From the human T2T-CHM13v2.0 reference genome, Homo sapiens: DNA of 64,000 nucleotides. The translations under genes and the position numbers were made by a program. The notes beneath the pieces were generated by a model that worked only from the letters and a program-made list of their open reading frames with translations, ran no database searches and had not been told where the DNA came from. The stretch is taken from NCBI RefSeq assembly GCF_009914755.1, contig NC_060930.1. One strand, written 5' to 3'. Positions 26,975 through 41,012 of this stretch are shown here, in pieces. Position 1 is the first letter of the stretch; every line of letters starts with the position of its first letter.

Positions 26975-27350
26975 CTGAAAGACAAAAAAAAAAAAGTGGC
27001 TTTGCAGTATGTATCACATGGGTTGGGGATAATACATATCAGGGTAGAACATGTTTTTTTCATGATCTGAGATTTCAACGTCTGCATTTTTTGATACAAA
27101 AATATTGTTTTTATATCCCTTTAGACCTTATTTTTATTTTATTTTGTAGAAATAGTATTTTAGGAATTATTAGAATGAGTAAAATTTCTAAAGACAACTT
27201 TCTAAAGACATTTCCTAAAGAAAATTTTTTTCTTTTTCATATTTTGTAAGGGATGTTTCTGAATGAGTAACAATAAACAAACAAATTCATTCTTATTGAA
27301 ATTTAATTAAAATATTTTATGCATAAATTCCTTTTCCCAGTGAGAGTTAC

Positions 27351-27477
27351 CAGACTGGGCATATAGTTAAGAATTTTTAGTTGTCCACTTTGTGGACATT
27401 GATTCGATAATGTAGTTGCTGGGGTCAATAAAATGTTACATAAAAATTGAAATGCCACAAATAAGCTTTTTGTTGTA
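27351..27477 (-). pseudogene. Putative exon (127 nt); reading frame ambiguous
   Basis: tatctattttgcag|T .. CTG|gtaact. One frame is fully open (TTKSLFVAF..YMPSL). Another reads YNKKLICGISIFM*HFIDPSNYIIESMSTKW. Confidence 0.6.
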
Positions 27478-27605
27478 CTGCAAAATAGATACATTTTGAA
27501 AGTGTAGAAAATATCATCCTTTCTAATTTTCTACCTTTTGGAGGCTCAGTTGGTATCCAACTGTCACTATTTACATCTCATGCTATCATTGCAAGAAATA
27601 ATTAC

Positions 27606-27628
27606 CTGAACCCTAAGAGAGCATTTAT
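27606..27628 (-). pseudogene. Putative mini-exon (23 nt): INALLGF
   Basis: ccttaccttttttcag|ATA .. CAG|gtaatt. Its phase-2 end matches the open frame of the next exon. Confidence 0.55.
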
Positions 27629-28108
27629 CTGAAAAAAGGTAAGGTCATCTACCACAAAAATGTAACTATTTCATTTGTAAAGCTATTCTTTGAGAAAAGT
27701 TTAAAAAATCAAAGGTAAACTTTATATTTACACAGTCTCTGATCAAGATATTAATGGATAGACACTGATGAAGGTTTATCACTGATTTCTACTCTGTATC
27801 TTTCCTATATTGTCTTAGTTTTACTTTCCTTTCTTATTTTATCTTCTTTTTTCTTCTTTAGCTTTCTTTCTCCAGGACTAGATGGATTTTATTTATCTTA
27901 GATGAAATTTTAGAGATTCACTGGAATTGAAGGCGGTTGGAAGGAACATGAAAGCTCAAGTAAAGAAACAATTATTAACAACAACAAAAATACTTCCACA
28001 GCTGAGCGTCAACACTTCCTCTAAATTAAGTTCATACTACATTATTAGCTCTAACTGGAGTATATGTAGATCTATTCTGAAAATTAGCCTCCTTTCCTCT
28101 GTTGACAA

Positions 28109-28399
28109 TTTTTTTTTTTTTTTTGATGTGGAGTCTGGCTCTGTCGCTAGGCTGGAGTGCAGTGGTGCAATCTTGGCTCACTGCAACCTCTGCCTCCTGG
28201 GTTCAATTCTCCTGCCTCAGCCTCCCCAGTAGCTGGGACTACAGGCGTGCACCACCACGCCCAGCTAATTTTTGTATTTTTAGTAGAGATGGGGTTTCAC
28301 CATGTTGGCCAAGATGGTCTCGATCTCTTGACCTCATGATCTGCCTGCCTCAGCCTCCCAAAGTGCTGGGATTACAGGTGTGAGATTCTGCACCCAGGC
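28109..28399 (-). mobile_element. AluSc-like
   Basis: CTGTCGCTAGGCTGG (Sc-type 1-nt deletion), GGTCTCGATCTCTTGACCTCATGATC, poly-T tail. Confidence 0.88.
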
Positions 28400-28699
28400 A
28401 CTTGGCAGTTCTTGAGGGCATCTAGTCTTTTAGTCTTAGAATTTTCTCATTGGTTGTTAAAGCATTTTGGTGGAGAAGGGGACTACCAGTATACAGACAA
28501 GGAAGATTAGTTAGGTCTATAAGCTGATCTTAGGTGGTGGTGGGAGAAATCTTCCTTCTGTTGCCTCTGCTGGCCATTTGGTATACTAGCCACTGTGCCA
28601 TGGCCTGTGCAGAGTCCTGGTTAATGCCTCAAGGAACAGCTCTGAAGTTAGCAGAAACAGTTGAGAATGTGGAAAACTATAGATTGGATGTACTAAAAT

Positions 28700-29055
28700 G
28701 TATTTCAGTACAAAACATTGTTGCAGAAATTAAAGGCAAGAAATATTTCTTTAGAATACATAGAGAACAATATGAACATGCTTACTATTGTGGTTTCATC
28801 ATTTACAAATATGCAACTACATATTTAACTATTTCATAAACATTTTATTTTTCAGTATACCATTTTGGCAGCAATAAATTAAAAATGGAAAATGCAGGTT
28901 TAATTATTAGTCCAATTTCTGAATGCCAAGAAAATTGTTGATGATTATGCAACTTAAACATAATGTCTGTGAATATTTACACCCACCATGGGGTCTATAA
29001 TGATATTACTGATCACATAAAAACCAGAAGACATAGGAACACTAAAAAAGCATCA
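28700..29055 (+). mobile_element. Blackjack (hAT) transposon fossil, piece 1
   Basis: CACCATGGGGTCTATAATGATATTACTGATCACATAAAAACCAGAAGACA..GCATCA matches the recalled Blackjack transposase sequence and continues at 37924. Left boundary is approximate. Confidence 0.6.
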
Positions 29056-32000
29056 AAAAAAGGAGGAGCCTATTCAAGATAGCAGACTAGTGGGTGCCTC
29101 ATCCATGGAGATGAATCAAAATAGAAGTAACTATGCCTAATTCAAATAGATAGTCTAAGAAAGCACACTGGAATTCATCAGAGAAGCGATGGGAATCTTG
29201 AAAAGCAAAGAAGAGTGAAGCCAAGTAGCTTGCTGAGCTAGGATCAACATGGAGCCAGGGGAAGCTGCCTGATGCATGGAAGGGGTGAGTGAGTAACTTC
29301 CAGAGGTCCACACTCCTATCATGGACATTTACAACCCTAGCTTTGGGAGAGGCCCCTTGACTAGTGCACCAGCTCTGGCCTCTAGTCTAACACAGGGAGC
29401 TGCTTAGAGATTTCACAGAGGCATTAGTGGAGCCCATATGAGTTTCCACAGGCTTTTGATCCCTGATCAGCTGCAGCCCAGTGCCAGTTGCTGGCGAGGA
29501 AATGAGGCCAGGCATTTTTGTGTGTCCCAAAGATGGAAACTGTAGCTGCTGCCATGGGACAGAGGAGCAAACCAATTGCACACCTGTAGGCCTGTTTTAG
29601 TGCTCCCACTAAGGGGGAGCCTACCTTTCCTGGTAGCAGGCCCTCAGTGCAACTGCCATACCCCTTCTGAAAGCCCAACCCCTGGAGGCCTGCATTCTGC
29701 CCTGGGGCAGATCACCTCTTCTCTTACAGGAGAAAGATGCAAGCAGGTCACACACTCCATAGATCTGACTGACAGGGGCCTATCTTCCCTGGTGACAGGT
29801 CAGAAGCACGGCTGCTTTGCCCCACTTGATGATTGCAGCTCCAGCCTGTACTCTCCTAAAAGCCCAGTCCCCAGAGGCCTCTGATCTGCTCTGAGCTGCC
29901 ACCATCTGAATATTCTGGCCCTGATTGAATGTTCTGCTGGCGGCCTGGGGGCCAGTCCTTCTCTCCCTATCACAGCTAGTACCTAAACCATGGGGACTTG
30001 AGGACAAGTCCATTGGTCCAGTCCAGGTCCGATTCCTCCATGACTCGTGTATGCTGTCCAGGGGACCATATAGGGACCTGAGCATCAGGGGATTGCCAGT
30101 CCACCACTGCTGGCACCTATTCACTTTTCCTAGGGTCTGAGGTTTGGCCAACCCAACTAGTGAGCATCACCATCACAGCTGACACAACACCCACCTGCAC
30201 ATGCTGAAAGGCAGAGCCCCTTACCCACTCTACATGAAGCAGTAGCATTACTGCATTAGAGAACAGGTGAACAACAAGATATATGTACTGGGCTGAGGGA
30301 AGAGGTTCTTCCTTGAAGTCATTCGTATGGAGAACAATGGGACAGGTGTTTTCTGAGGCTCTCAGCTACACTGTGTCATAGAGATAGACAACTACATCTG
30401 TTGGATGTCAGGGTCATGAATCTTGGGATGGAGTGTGATAGGGAAACAGACTGCATTTCTGCCTCCCTGGGACATGGAGCTGGTGCAGCCCCTTTCCTCC
30501 CTGCAAAGACTTCAGTGCATTTCACCAGGAGTTCCTCTAGGACCTCCTCTGTTAGGGCAGTGCTTGTGCTCATCATTGGTGTATTCATGAGCAAGTTTGG
30601 TGGTCCAGCTCCATCAACATCTATCCCCATGCGGCCCCACACTGAAAAGGGAACTCAAGGTATTGAGTATGCTACAGACCAGCCCATCATGTGAAACAAC
30701 AGGGAACACATCCCAATATACAAAAATCAAGCACATACATATTTGCTTCTGTCACAACCGGCTCTTACCCATAAGCAGCACCTATGGCCAGGAGGTTGAG
30801 CTGCACAATCCAATGTAAAACCTGCTGACAGAAATGCACAAGGTTAAAGAAGAAAAGCCAAAGCACCCTACTTAACATACACTACAGTCACACCTTCAAG
30901 GTGAAAAAGTCCCATCCAAATGAAAATAAGTTTAAAAATAAGAAGCAAAAACTTTGCCAGATAAAAAGAAACCAGCATAATAACTCTGGCAATGGGAAAC
31001 ATAGTGTTGCCACACCCTCAAAGGATCACACTAGCTCTCTAGCAATGAATCCTCACCAAAATGAAAATTCTAAAGTGACAGATAAAGAATACAAAATATG
31101 GATTATAAAGAAGTTCAGTGAGATCCAAGAGAAAGTTGAAAACCAATGCAAATAAATCAGAAAAAAAATGCAGGAAATGAAAGAAGAGATTGATATATTA
31201 AAAAAAATAAAATACAGTTGAAAGGTTTAAAAATAGGCTCCACCTAGCAGAGGAAAATGTTTCAGAGCTTAAAGGTAGGCCCTTCAAACTAACATAGTCT
31301 AACAAAATTTAAAAAAAGTTTAAAAAAAATGAACAAAGCCTTCAAGAAATATAGGATTGTGTAAACCAACCAAATTTGAGTTATAGGCATTACTGAGGGA
31401 GAAGAAAAAGTAAAAAGTTTGGAAAACCTATTTAAGGAAATAATTCAGGGAAAATTTCCTGGCTATATTGGAGATATAGGCATCCAGATACAAGAAGTTT
31501 AGAGAACACCTGAGAGATACTTTATAAAACAATCATCATCAAAGCATATAGTCAACACATTATCTAAAGTCAACTTGAAGAAAAAAATTCCAAAAGGACA
31601 AGGAGAGAATCACCAAATCATCTATAAAGGAAATCCCATCAGACTAATAGTAGACTTCTCAGCATAAATCTTAGAAGCCAAAGAGGACTGAGGTTCTATT
31701 TTCAGTCTTCTTAGATAAAATAACTGCCAGCCAAGAATTTTGTATTTTGCTAAACTATGCTTCATAAATGAAGGAGAAATAAAGTCTTCCCCAGATAAGC
31801 AAACATTAAGGGAATTAGTCACCACTAGACTAGTTCTACACAAAATGCTCAAGAGTTCTAAACAAGGAAACAAAATAATAATATTCATAATTATACAAAC
31901 ACATGAAGTGCAAAGCTCACAGGTCCTATAAAGCAGTTACATAACTGAGAATAAAAAGCAACTAGGTAACAACATTATAACAGGAGCAAAACCTCACATA

Positions 32001-32632
32001 TCAATATTTACCTTGAATGTAAATGGCCTAAATGCTCCACCTAAGATACAAACAGAAAAATTGGATTTAAATTCAACATTGAATTATTCACTGCTTACAA
32101 GAGACCCATAAGAAGGTCAAAGATATCTACACACTCAAAGAGGTGGAAAAAGTTATATCAGATAAAAGAGACATTAAATCAACAGTAAAAAGACAAAATA
32201 GGTCTTTAATAATAAAGGGTTCAATTCATCAAGAAGTTATAACTATCCTAAATATATATGCACCCAACACTGGAGCACCCAGATTAGTAAAGCAAATACT
32301 ACTAGACCTAAGACAAATATAGAAAGCAATAAAATAATAGTGAGCAACAGATCATCGAGGCAGAAACTCACAAAGAAACTTAGGACTTAAAACAGAATTC
32401 TAGACAAATGGACCTTATAGACATTTACAGATCATTCTGCCCAACAACTGCTGATTATACATTTTTCTCATCTGTGCATGGAACATTATGCACAATAGAC
32501 CAAATGCTTGGCCAGGAGGCAAGCCTCAATAAATTACACAAAATAATTAAAATTATATCAAGTATCTTCTTGGACCAGAGTGGAATAAAATTAGAAATCA
32601 GTATCAAGAGGGACTCTCAAAACAATACATGG

Positions 32633-33018
<386 letters not shown>

Positions 33019-34099
33019 TTAAAAAAAAAGTTTCAAGATAATTGAAAATGGAGACACAGCGTACCAAAACCTCTGGGTTACAGCAAAAGCACCACTAAGA
33101 AGAAAGTTTACAGTGTTACATGGCTATATCAAAAGATCTCAAATTAACAGCCTGATTTCACATCTCAAGGGATAGAAAAACAAGAGCAAACAAAATCCAA
33201 AGTTAGCAGAAGAAAAGAAAAAAACAAAGAGCAGAACTTAATGAGACTGAGACAAAAATTATACAAAGGATCAACAAAATGGCAAGTTGGGTGTTTAAAA
33301 AGATAAACAAAATTGATATACCACTAGCTAGGTCAACCAAAAAAGAGAGAAGATTCAAATAGGCACAATCAGAAATAATGAAGATGACATTATACACACT
33401 AATACCACAGAAATACAAAAATCAGAGACTACTATGAGCATCTCTATATGCACAAACTAGAAAACCAAGAGGAAATGGATAAATTCCTGGAAACATACAA
33501 ACTCAAGATTGAACCAGGAAGAAACAGAAACCTTGAACAGACCAATAATGAGTAAAGAAATTGTAGTAGTAATTAAAAAAAAATCCACCCCCTGCAAAAA
33601 AAAAAAAGCCCAAGACCAGATGGATTCACATCAAAATTTTACCAGACGTGCAGAGAAGAGCTGGCCCCAATCTTACTGAAATTATTCTAAAAAAATTAGG
33701 AAGAGGAAGGATTCTTCCCTAACTCATTCTATGAAATGAGTATAACCTCGATACCAAAATCAGTCAAGAACACAATAGAAAAAGAAAATGATAGGCCAAT
33801 ATCCTTAATGAACGTAGAAGCAAAAATCCTCATCGAAATCCTAGCAAACTGAATCCAACAGTACATCAAAAAGATAATACATCATGATCAAGTAGGTTTT
33901 ATTCCAGGGAGGCAAGGATGGTTTAATATATACAAATTAATAAATATATCAATAGAACTAATGACAAAAACCACATGATCATTGCAATAGATGTAGAAAA
34001 AGCATTTGATAAAATCCAACATCCATTCATGATACAAATCCTCAACAACCTAGGCATCAAAGTAACATACCTCAAAATAACAAAAAACATATATGACAA

Positions 34100-34692
34100 T
34101 GTGGTAGCACTCCTCATACTGGGGCACCAGCTGCGGGGAGATATGTCCCCTGCAGACCCCTGACCTGGCAACAGATGAATAACATACACTGACACACAGA
34201 TATTCTACTTTGCCAGTCCCACTGAGTCTGTCCAGGCTGCTTACAGACTCCCTGCTGAGTCCAGTAAACAGTTGCAACTGTGGCCCTAGTGCCCTCACAG
34301 CTAGTGAGACGTTTATTCAGTAAGATTAATTAACAAAGGCTTGAGTTAACACCATTAGAAGGTAATTGACATTGTGGATTTTCTGAGTAAAAAGCAATAA
34401 GCACCACCCACCATTGTGGACTTTCCGAGTAGAAAGCAATTAAGCACCACCCACCCCTGCCTGGCACATCAAAGTTTAGTCTTAAGATCACATGAGTAAA
34501 CAAGCTAGCTAGGTAGATTACTCTGCCTTCCTTTGTTACTACTTTAATTTGTTTAAAGGTAAAGAGACCAGGCCGCCTTCAGCCAGATCTGTTACCGAAG
34601 TTATGCAAACTTCTCGGCCTTCCAAGAAGACTTGTGTCTATCTCTATAACTATCTCTGTTATTTTTCCCACCGGCCTGATTGAACTCCAGCA
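34100..34692 (-). mobile_element. LTR22 (HERV-K22/HML-5) solo LTR inserted in L1 ORF2
   Basis: Minus strand starts TGCTGGAGTTCAATCAGGCCGGTGGGAAAAAT..GATAGTTATAGAGATAGACAC. The L1 sequence ATATGACAA|..|AACCCACA resumes across it. Contains a ~42-bp internal tandem duplication at ~34370-34455. Confidence 0.88.
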
Positions 34693-35434
34693 TAACCCAC
34701 AATCAACATTATAATGAATGAAGAAAATCATAAGCATTTCCTCTAAGACTTGGAATAAGACAAGGATGCACACTTTCACTACATCTATTCAACACAGTGC
34801 TGGAAATGCTAACCAGAGCAATTAGGCAAAAGAAGAAAAAAGGATCTAAATTAGAAAAGAGGAAGTCAATTTATGTCTGTTCACTGATTAAATAATTTTA
34901 TACCTAGAAAACCCTAGAGACTCTTCCAAATGTCTCCTAGAATTCATAAATGATTTCAGTAAAGTTTCAGTACACAAAATCAATGTACGAAAATCATTAG
35001 CATTTTGATACCCCAGTAACATTCAAGCTGAGAACCAAATAAAAAACTCAATCTCATTTGCAGTAGTCATAACAAAATAAAATACCTAGGAATACATTTA
35101 ACAAAGGAGATGGAAGATAAGATCTCTACCAGGAGAGCTTCAAAACAGTGATGAAAGAAATTGAAGAGGCTATAAATAGAAAAAGACCCCATGTTCATGG
35201 ACTGGAAGAACCAATATTGTTAAAATGACCACACTCCCCAAAGCAATATGCATATTCAACACAATTCTTATCAAATTACCAATGACATTTTTCACAGAAT
35301 TGGAAAGAAAAATTTCTAAAATTCATATGTAACCAAAAAAGAAAAAAATCTGAATAGCCAAAGCAATCCTAAACAAAAAGAACAAAGCTGGAGGCATCAC
35401 ATTACCTGGCTTCAAGTTATATTACAATATCATA

Positions 35435-35489
35435 TAAGGTTGGTGCAAAAGTAATGGCAAAAACTGCAATTACTTTTGCACTAACCCAA
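35435..35489. mobile_element. MADE1 (Hsmar1 MITE), internally deleted
   Basis: TAAGGTTGGTGCAAAAGTAAT..GCAATTACTTTTGCACTAACCCAA, flanked by TA on both sides. Confidence 0.9.
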
Positions 35490-36492
35490 TAGTAACCAAA
35501 ACAGCATGGTACTGGTACAAAAATGTATATATTGATCAATGTAACAGAATAGAGAATCCAGAAATAAAGCCACATACGTACAACCAACTGATCTTTGACA
35601 AAGTCAACAGAAATATATAATGAGAAAAATGCATGCTATTTAATAAAAGATGCTGAGAAAATTGGATAGTCACTTGCGGAAGAATAACACTGGATTTCTG
35701 TCTCTATAAAAATCCTGGAAGAAAACCTAGAAAAAACTCTTTAGTACATTGGCCTAGCCAAATAATTTATGATTAAGACCTCAAAAGCAAATGACACAAA
35801 AACAAAAATAGACAACTGAAAATCTTCTGCACAATGAAAGAAATAATAAACAGAGTGACAGACAACCTAGAAAGTGGGGGAAAATATTTGCAAACTATAC
35901 ATCCAACAAATGACTAATATCCAGAATCCGTAAGGAACTCAAAAACTCAAGGAGAAAAAAAATAATTTCATTAAAAAATATGCAAAAGACACAAAAAGAC
36001 ATTTCTTGAAAGAAGACATACAAGTGGCCAATGAACATAAGAAAAAATGCTCAGCATTACTAATCATCAGAGAAATGCAGATTAATGCCACAGTGAGATA
36101 CCATCTCACACCAGTCAGAATGGCTATCACTGAACAGTCAAAAAACAACAAGTGTTGGTGAGGATGCAGAGAAAAGGGAAAGCTTATACACTGTTGGTGG
36201 GAATGTGAATTAGTACAACTTCTATGGAAAACAGTATGGCGATGTCCCAAAGAACTGAAAATATAATTACCATTTAAGCCAGCAAACCCACCACTGGGTA
36301 TCTATTCGAGGGAAAAGAAATCGCTGTATCAAAAAGACCTGTACTCTGTTTATTGCAGCCATATTTGAATAAGATATGTACATCATGAAATACTAGACAA
36401 TCATGAAAAAGAATGGAAATCATGTCTTTTGCAGGAACATGCATGGGGCTGGAGGCCATTTTCCTAAGTGAAATAACTCAGAAATAGAAAAT

Positions 36493-37665
36493 GATTAACT
36501 CAGGATGAATTAAAAACTTAAATGTAAACCCCAAACTATAAAAATCCTGGAAGACAACCTAGGGAATACCATTCAGGACATAGGAGCAAGGAAAGATTTT
36601 ATGATGAAGATGCCAAGAACAATCGAAACAAAAGCAAAAATTGACAAATGGAATCTAGTTAAACTTAAGGGCGTCTGCACATCAGGAGAAACTATCAACA
36701 GAGTAAACAGACAACCTACGAATGAGAGAAAATATTTCCAAACTATGCATCTGACAAAGGTCTAATATCCAGCATCTATAAGGAACTTAAACAATTTATC
36801 AGAAAAAAAACTGCATTAAAGTAGGCAGAGGATACGAATAGACACATTTCAAAAGAAGACATACATGCAGTCAACAAGCATATTTAAAAAAGCTCAATGT
36901 CACTGATCATTAGAGTAATGCAAATCAAAACCACAATGAGATATCATCTCACACCAGTCAGCATAGCTATTATTAAAAAGTCAAAAAATAACAGATGCTG
37001 GTGAGGTTGCAGAGAAAAGGGAACACTTATATACTGTCCATGTAGTGTAAATTGGTTCAATCATTGTGGAAAGCAGTATGGCAATTCCTCAAAGATCTAA
37101 AAATAACTACCATTTGACCCAGAAATTCTGTTAATGGGTATATTCCCAAAGGAATATAAATCACTCTATCATAAAGACACATGCAAATGAATGTTTATTG
37201 CCACACTATTCACAATAGCAGAAACATGGCATCAACCTAAATGCGTACCAATGACAGATAGGATAAAGAAAATGTGGTAGATGTGCACCATGAAATACTA
37301 TGCAGGTGCACAAATGGTCATTCTTTGTGTGTGTGTGTAGGAACGTGGATGGATCTGGAGGCCTTTATGCTTAGCAAACTAACTCAAGAACAGAAAACCA
37401 AATACCACATGTTGTCACTTATACATGGGAGCTAAATTATGAGAACTCATGGAAACCAAAAAGGGAACAACAGACACTGGGGTTTGCTTGACAGTGAAGG
37501 GTGGGGAGGAGGGAGAGGAACAGAAAAGATAATTATTGGGTACTAGTCTTAGTACCTGGATAAAGAAATAATCTGTACAACAAACTCTCATGATGCAAGT
37601 TTACCTATATAACATACCTACACATGTACCCCTGACCCTACAACAAAGTTTAAAAACTTTTAAAA
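36493..37665 (+). mobile_element. 5'-truncated L1PA13-16-like element nested in the 3' end of the host L1
   Basis: The ORF2 C-terminal region is repeated and followed by a different 3'UTR (GGAGGAGGGAGAGGAACAGAAAAGATAA..AATAATCTGTACAACAAAC). The host 3'UTR resumes at ~37676. Confidence 0.8.
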
Positions 37666-37923
37666 GAGAATGAAAGATCTCATGTTCTCACTTATAGGTG
37701 GGAGCTAAACAATGAGTAGAAGTGGTCATACAAAGGGAAATAATAGACACTGGAAATTCAAAATGGGGGAAGAGTGGGATGGAGGTGATGTCAAAAAATT
37801 AACTATGGGGTACATTGTTCACCATTGAGGTAATGTATAGTAGAAGCCCAAATCCCACTACTATGCAATATATCCATGTAACAAACTTGCACATGTACCT
37901 TCCTAAATCTAATAAATAAAATC

Positions 37924-38281
37924 AAAAGTATCAGCACCTATTCTAAATGTTATCATTTAAGAAGACCATGCATGAAGACAATGATATAACACCTATAGTT
38001 ATAGGAGGTCAATTTATACATCAATCTTTGAGTTATGACTTTCATTTAAATCAAATGACATTTGTTGTATATTGACTTGCTCATTTTTATTTCTAAATTT
38101 GTATGGGCATACGTATAGCTGTTATTGTGTTTCATTTCATTAGTGGAAGAATAATTTCCCAAATGTTTAAGATGATAGCTTTATATCAGTATTATCAGAG
38201 GTCAATCAAAATGGAAATAGAGATGAAATAGAAATTAGTTAATTCTAATAATGGTTCATATTTTTCTTCCAAATCATGGGT
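37924..38281 (+). mobile_element. Blackjack fossil, piece 2
   Basis: TATGACTTTCATTTAAATCAAATGAC..GTTAATTCTAATAATGGTTCATATTTTTCTTCCAAATCATGG, collinear with pieces 1 and 3. Confidence 0.6.
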
Positions 38282-38463
38282 TGTTACCAAACAAAACCTT
38301 GTTTTTTGCCCATGTCAAATTGAAAGCCAAACACCGAAGTACTTCTCTCTTGTAGAAAAGTTTATTGCAAAGCTGCTGAGAAAGAAGAGAGGAGTCAGCC
38401 TCAAATCTGTCTCACTGAGCTGAAGGCTGGGGTGGATTTTATGGGTGGAGGGTAATGAGGCAT
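38282..38463 (-). mobile_element. LTR47-like solo LTR, left piece (split by the provirus)
   Basis: TGTTACC terminus, TTTATT (antisense poly(A) signal) and CTCAAATCTGTCTC. Joins 49784 across the GGCAT TSD. Confidence 0.7.
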
Positions 38464-40995
<2,532 letters not shown>

Positions 40996-41012
40996 TCTCT
41001 CTCTTTCTTTTT
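40996..41012 (-). other. Polypurine tract of the provirus
   Basis: AAAAAGAAAGAGAGAGA immediately 5' of TGTTGTGGGAAG, the start of the 3' LTR. Confidence 0.85.

Noticed and set aside
27351-27628. GFSTTKSLFVAFQF resembling the ADP-ribosyltransferase STS motif, and NIIIID (23.8 kb) resembling a Walker B
   Set aside because: Single short motifs without the companion catalytic motifs. The ordered multi-motif resemblance to CPED1 explains the region better.
29099-30818. Cluster of ORFs on both strands
   Set aside because: GC-richer 5'UTR of the old L1; no coding signature.
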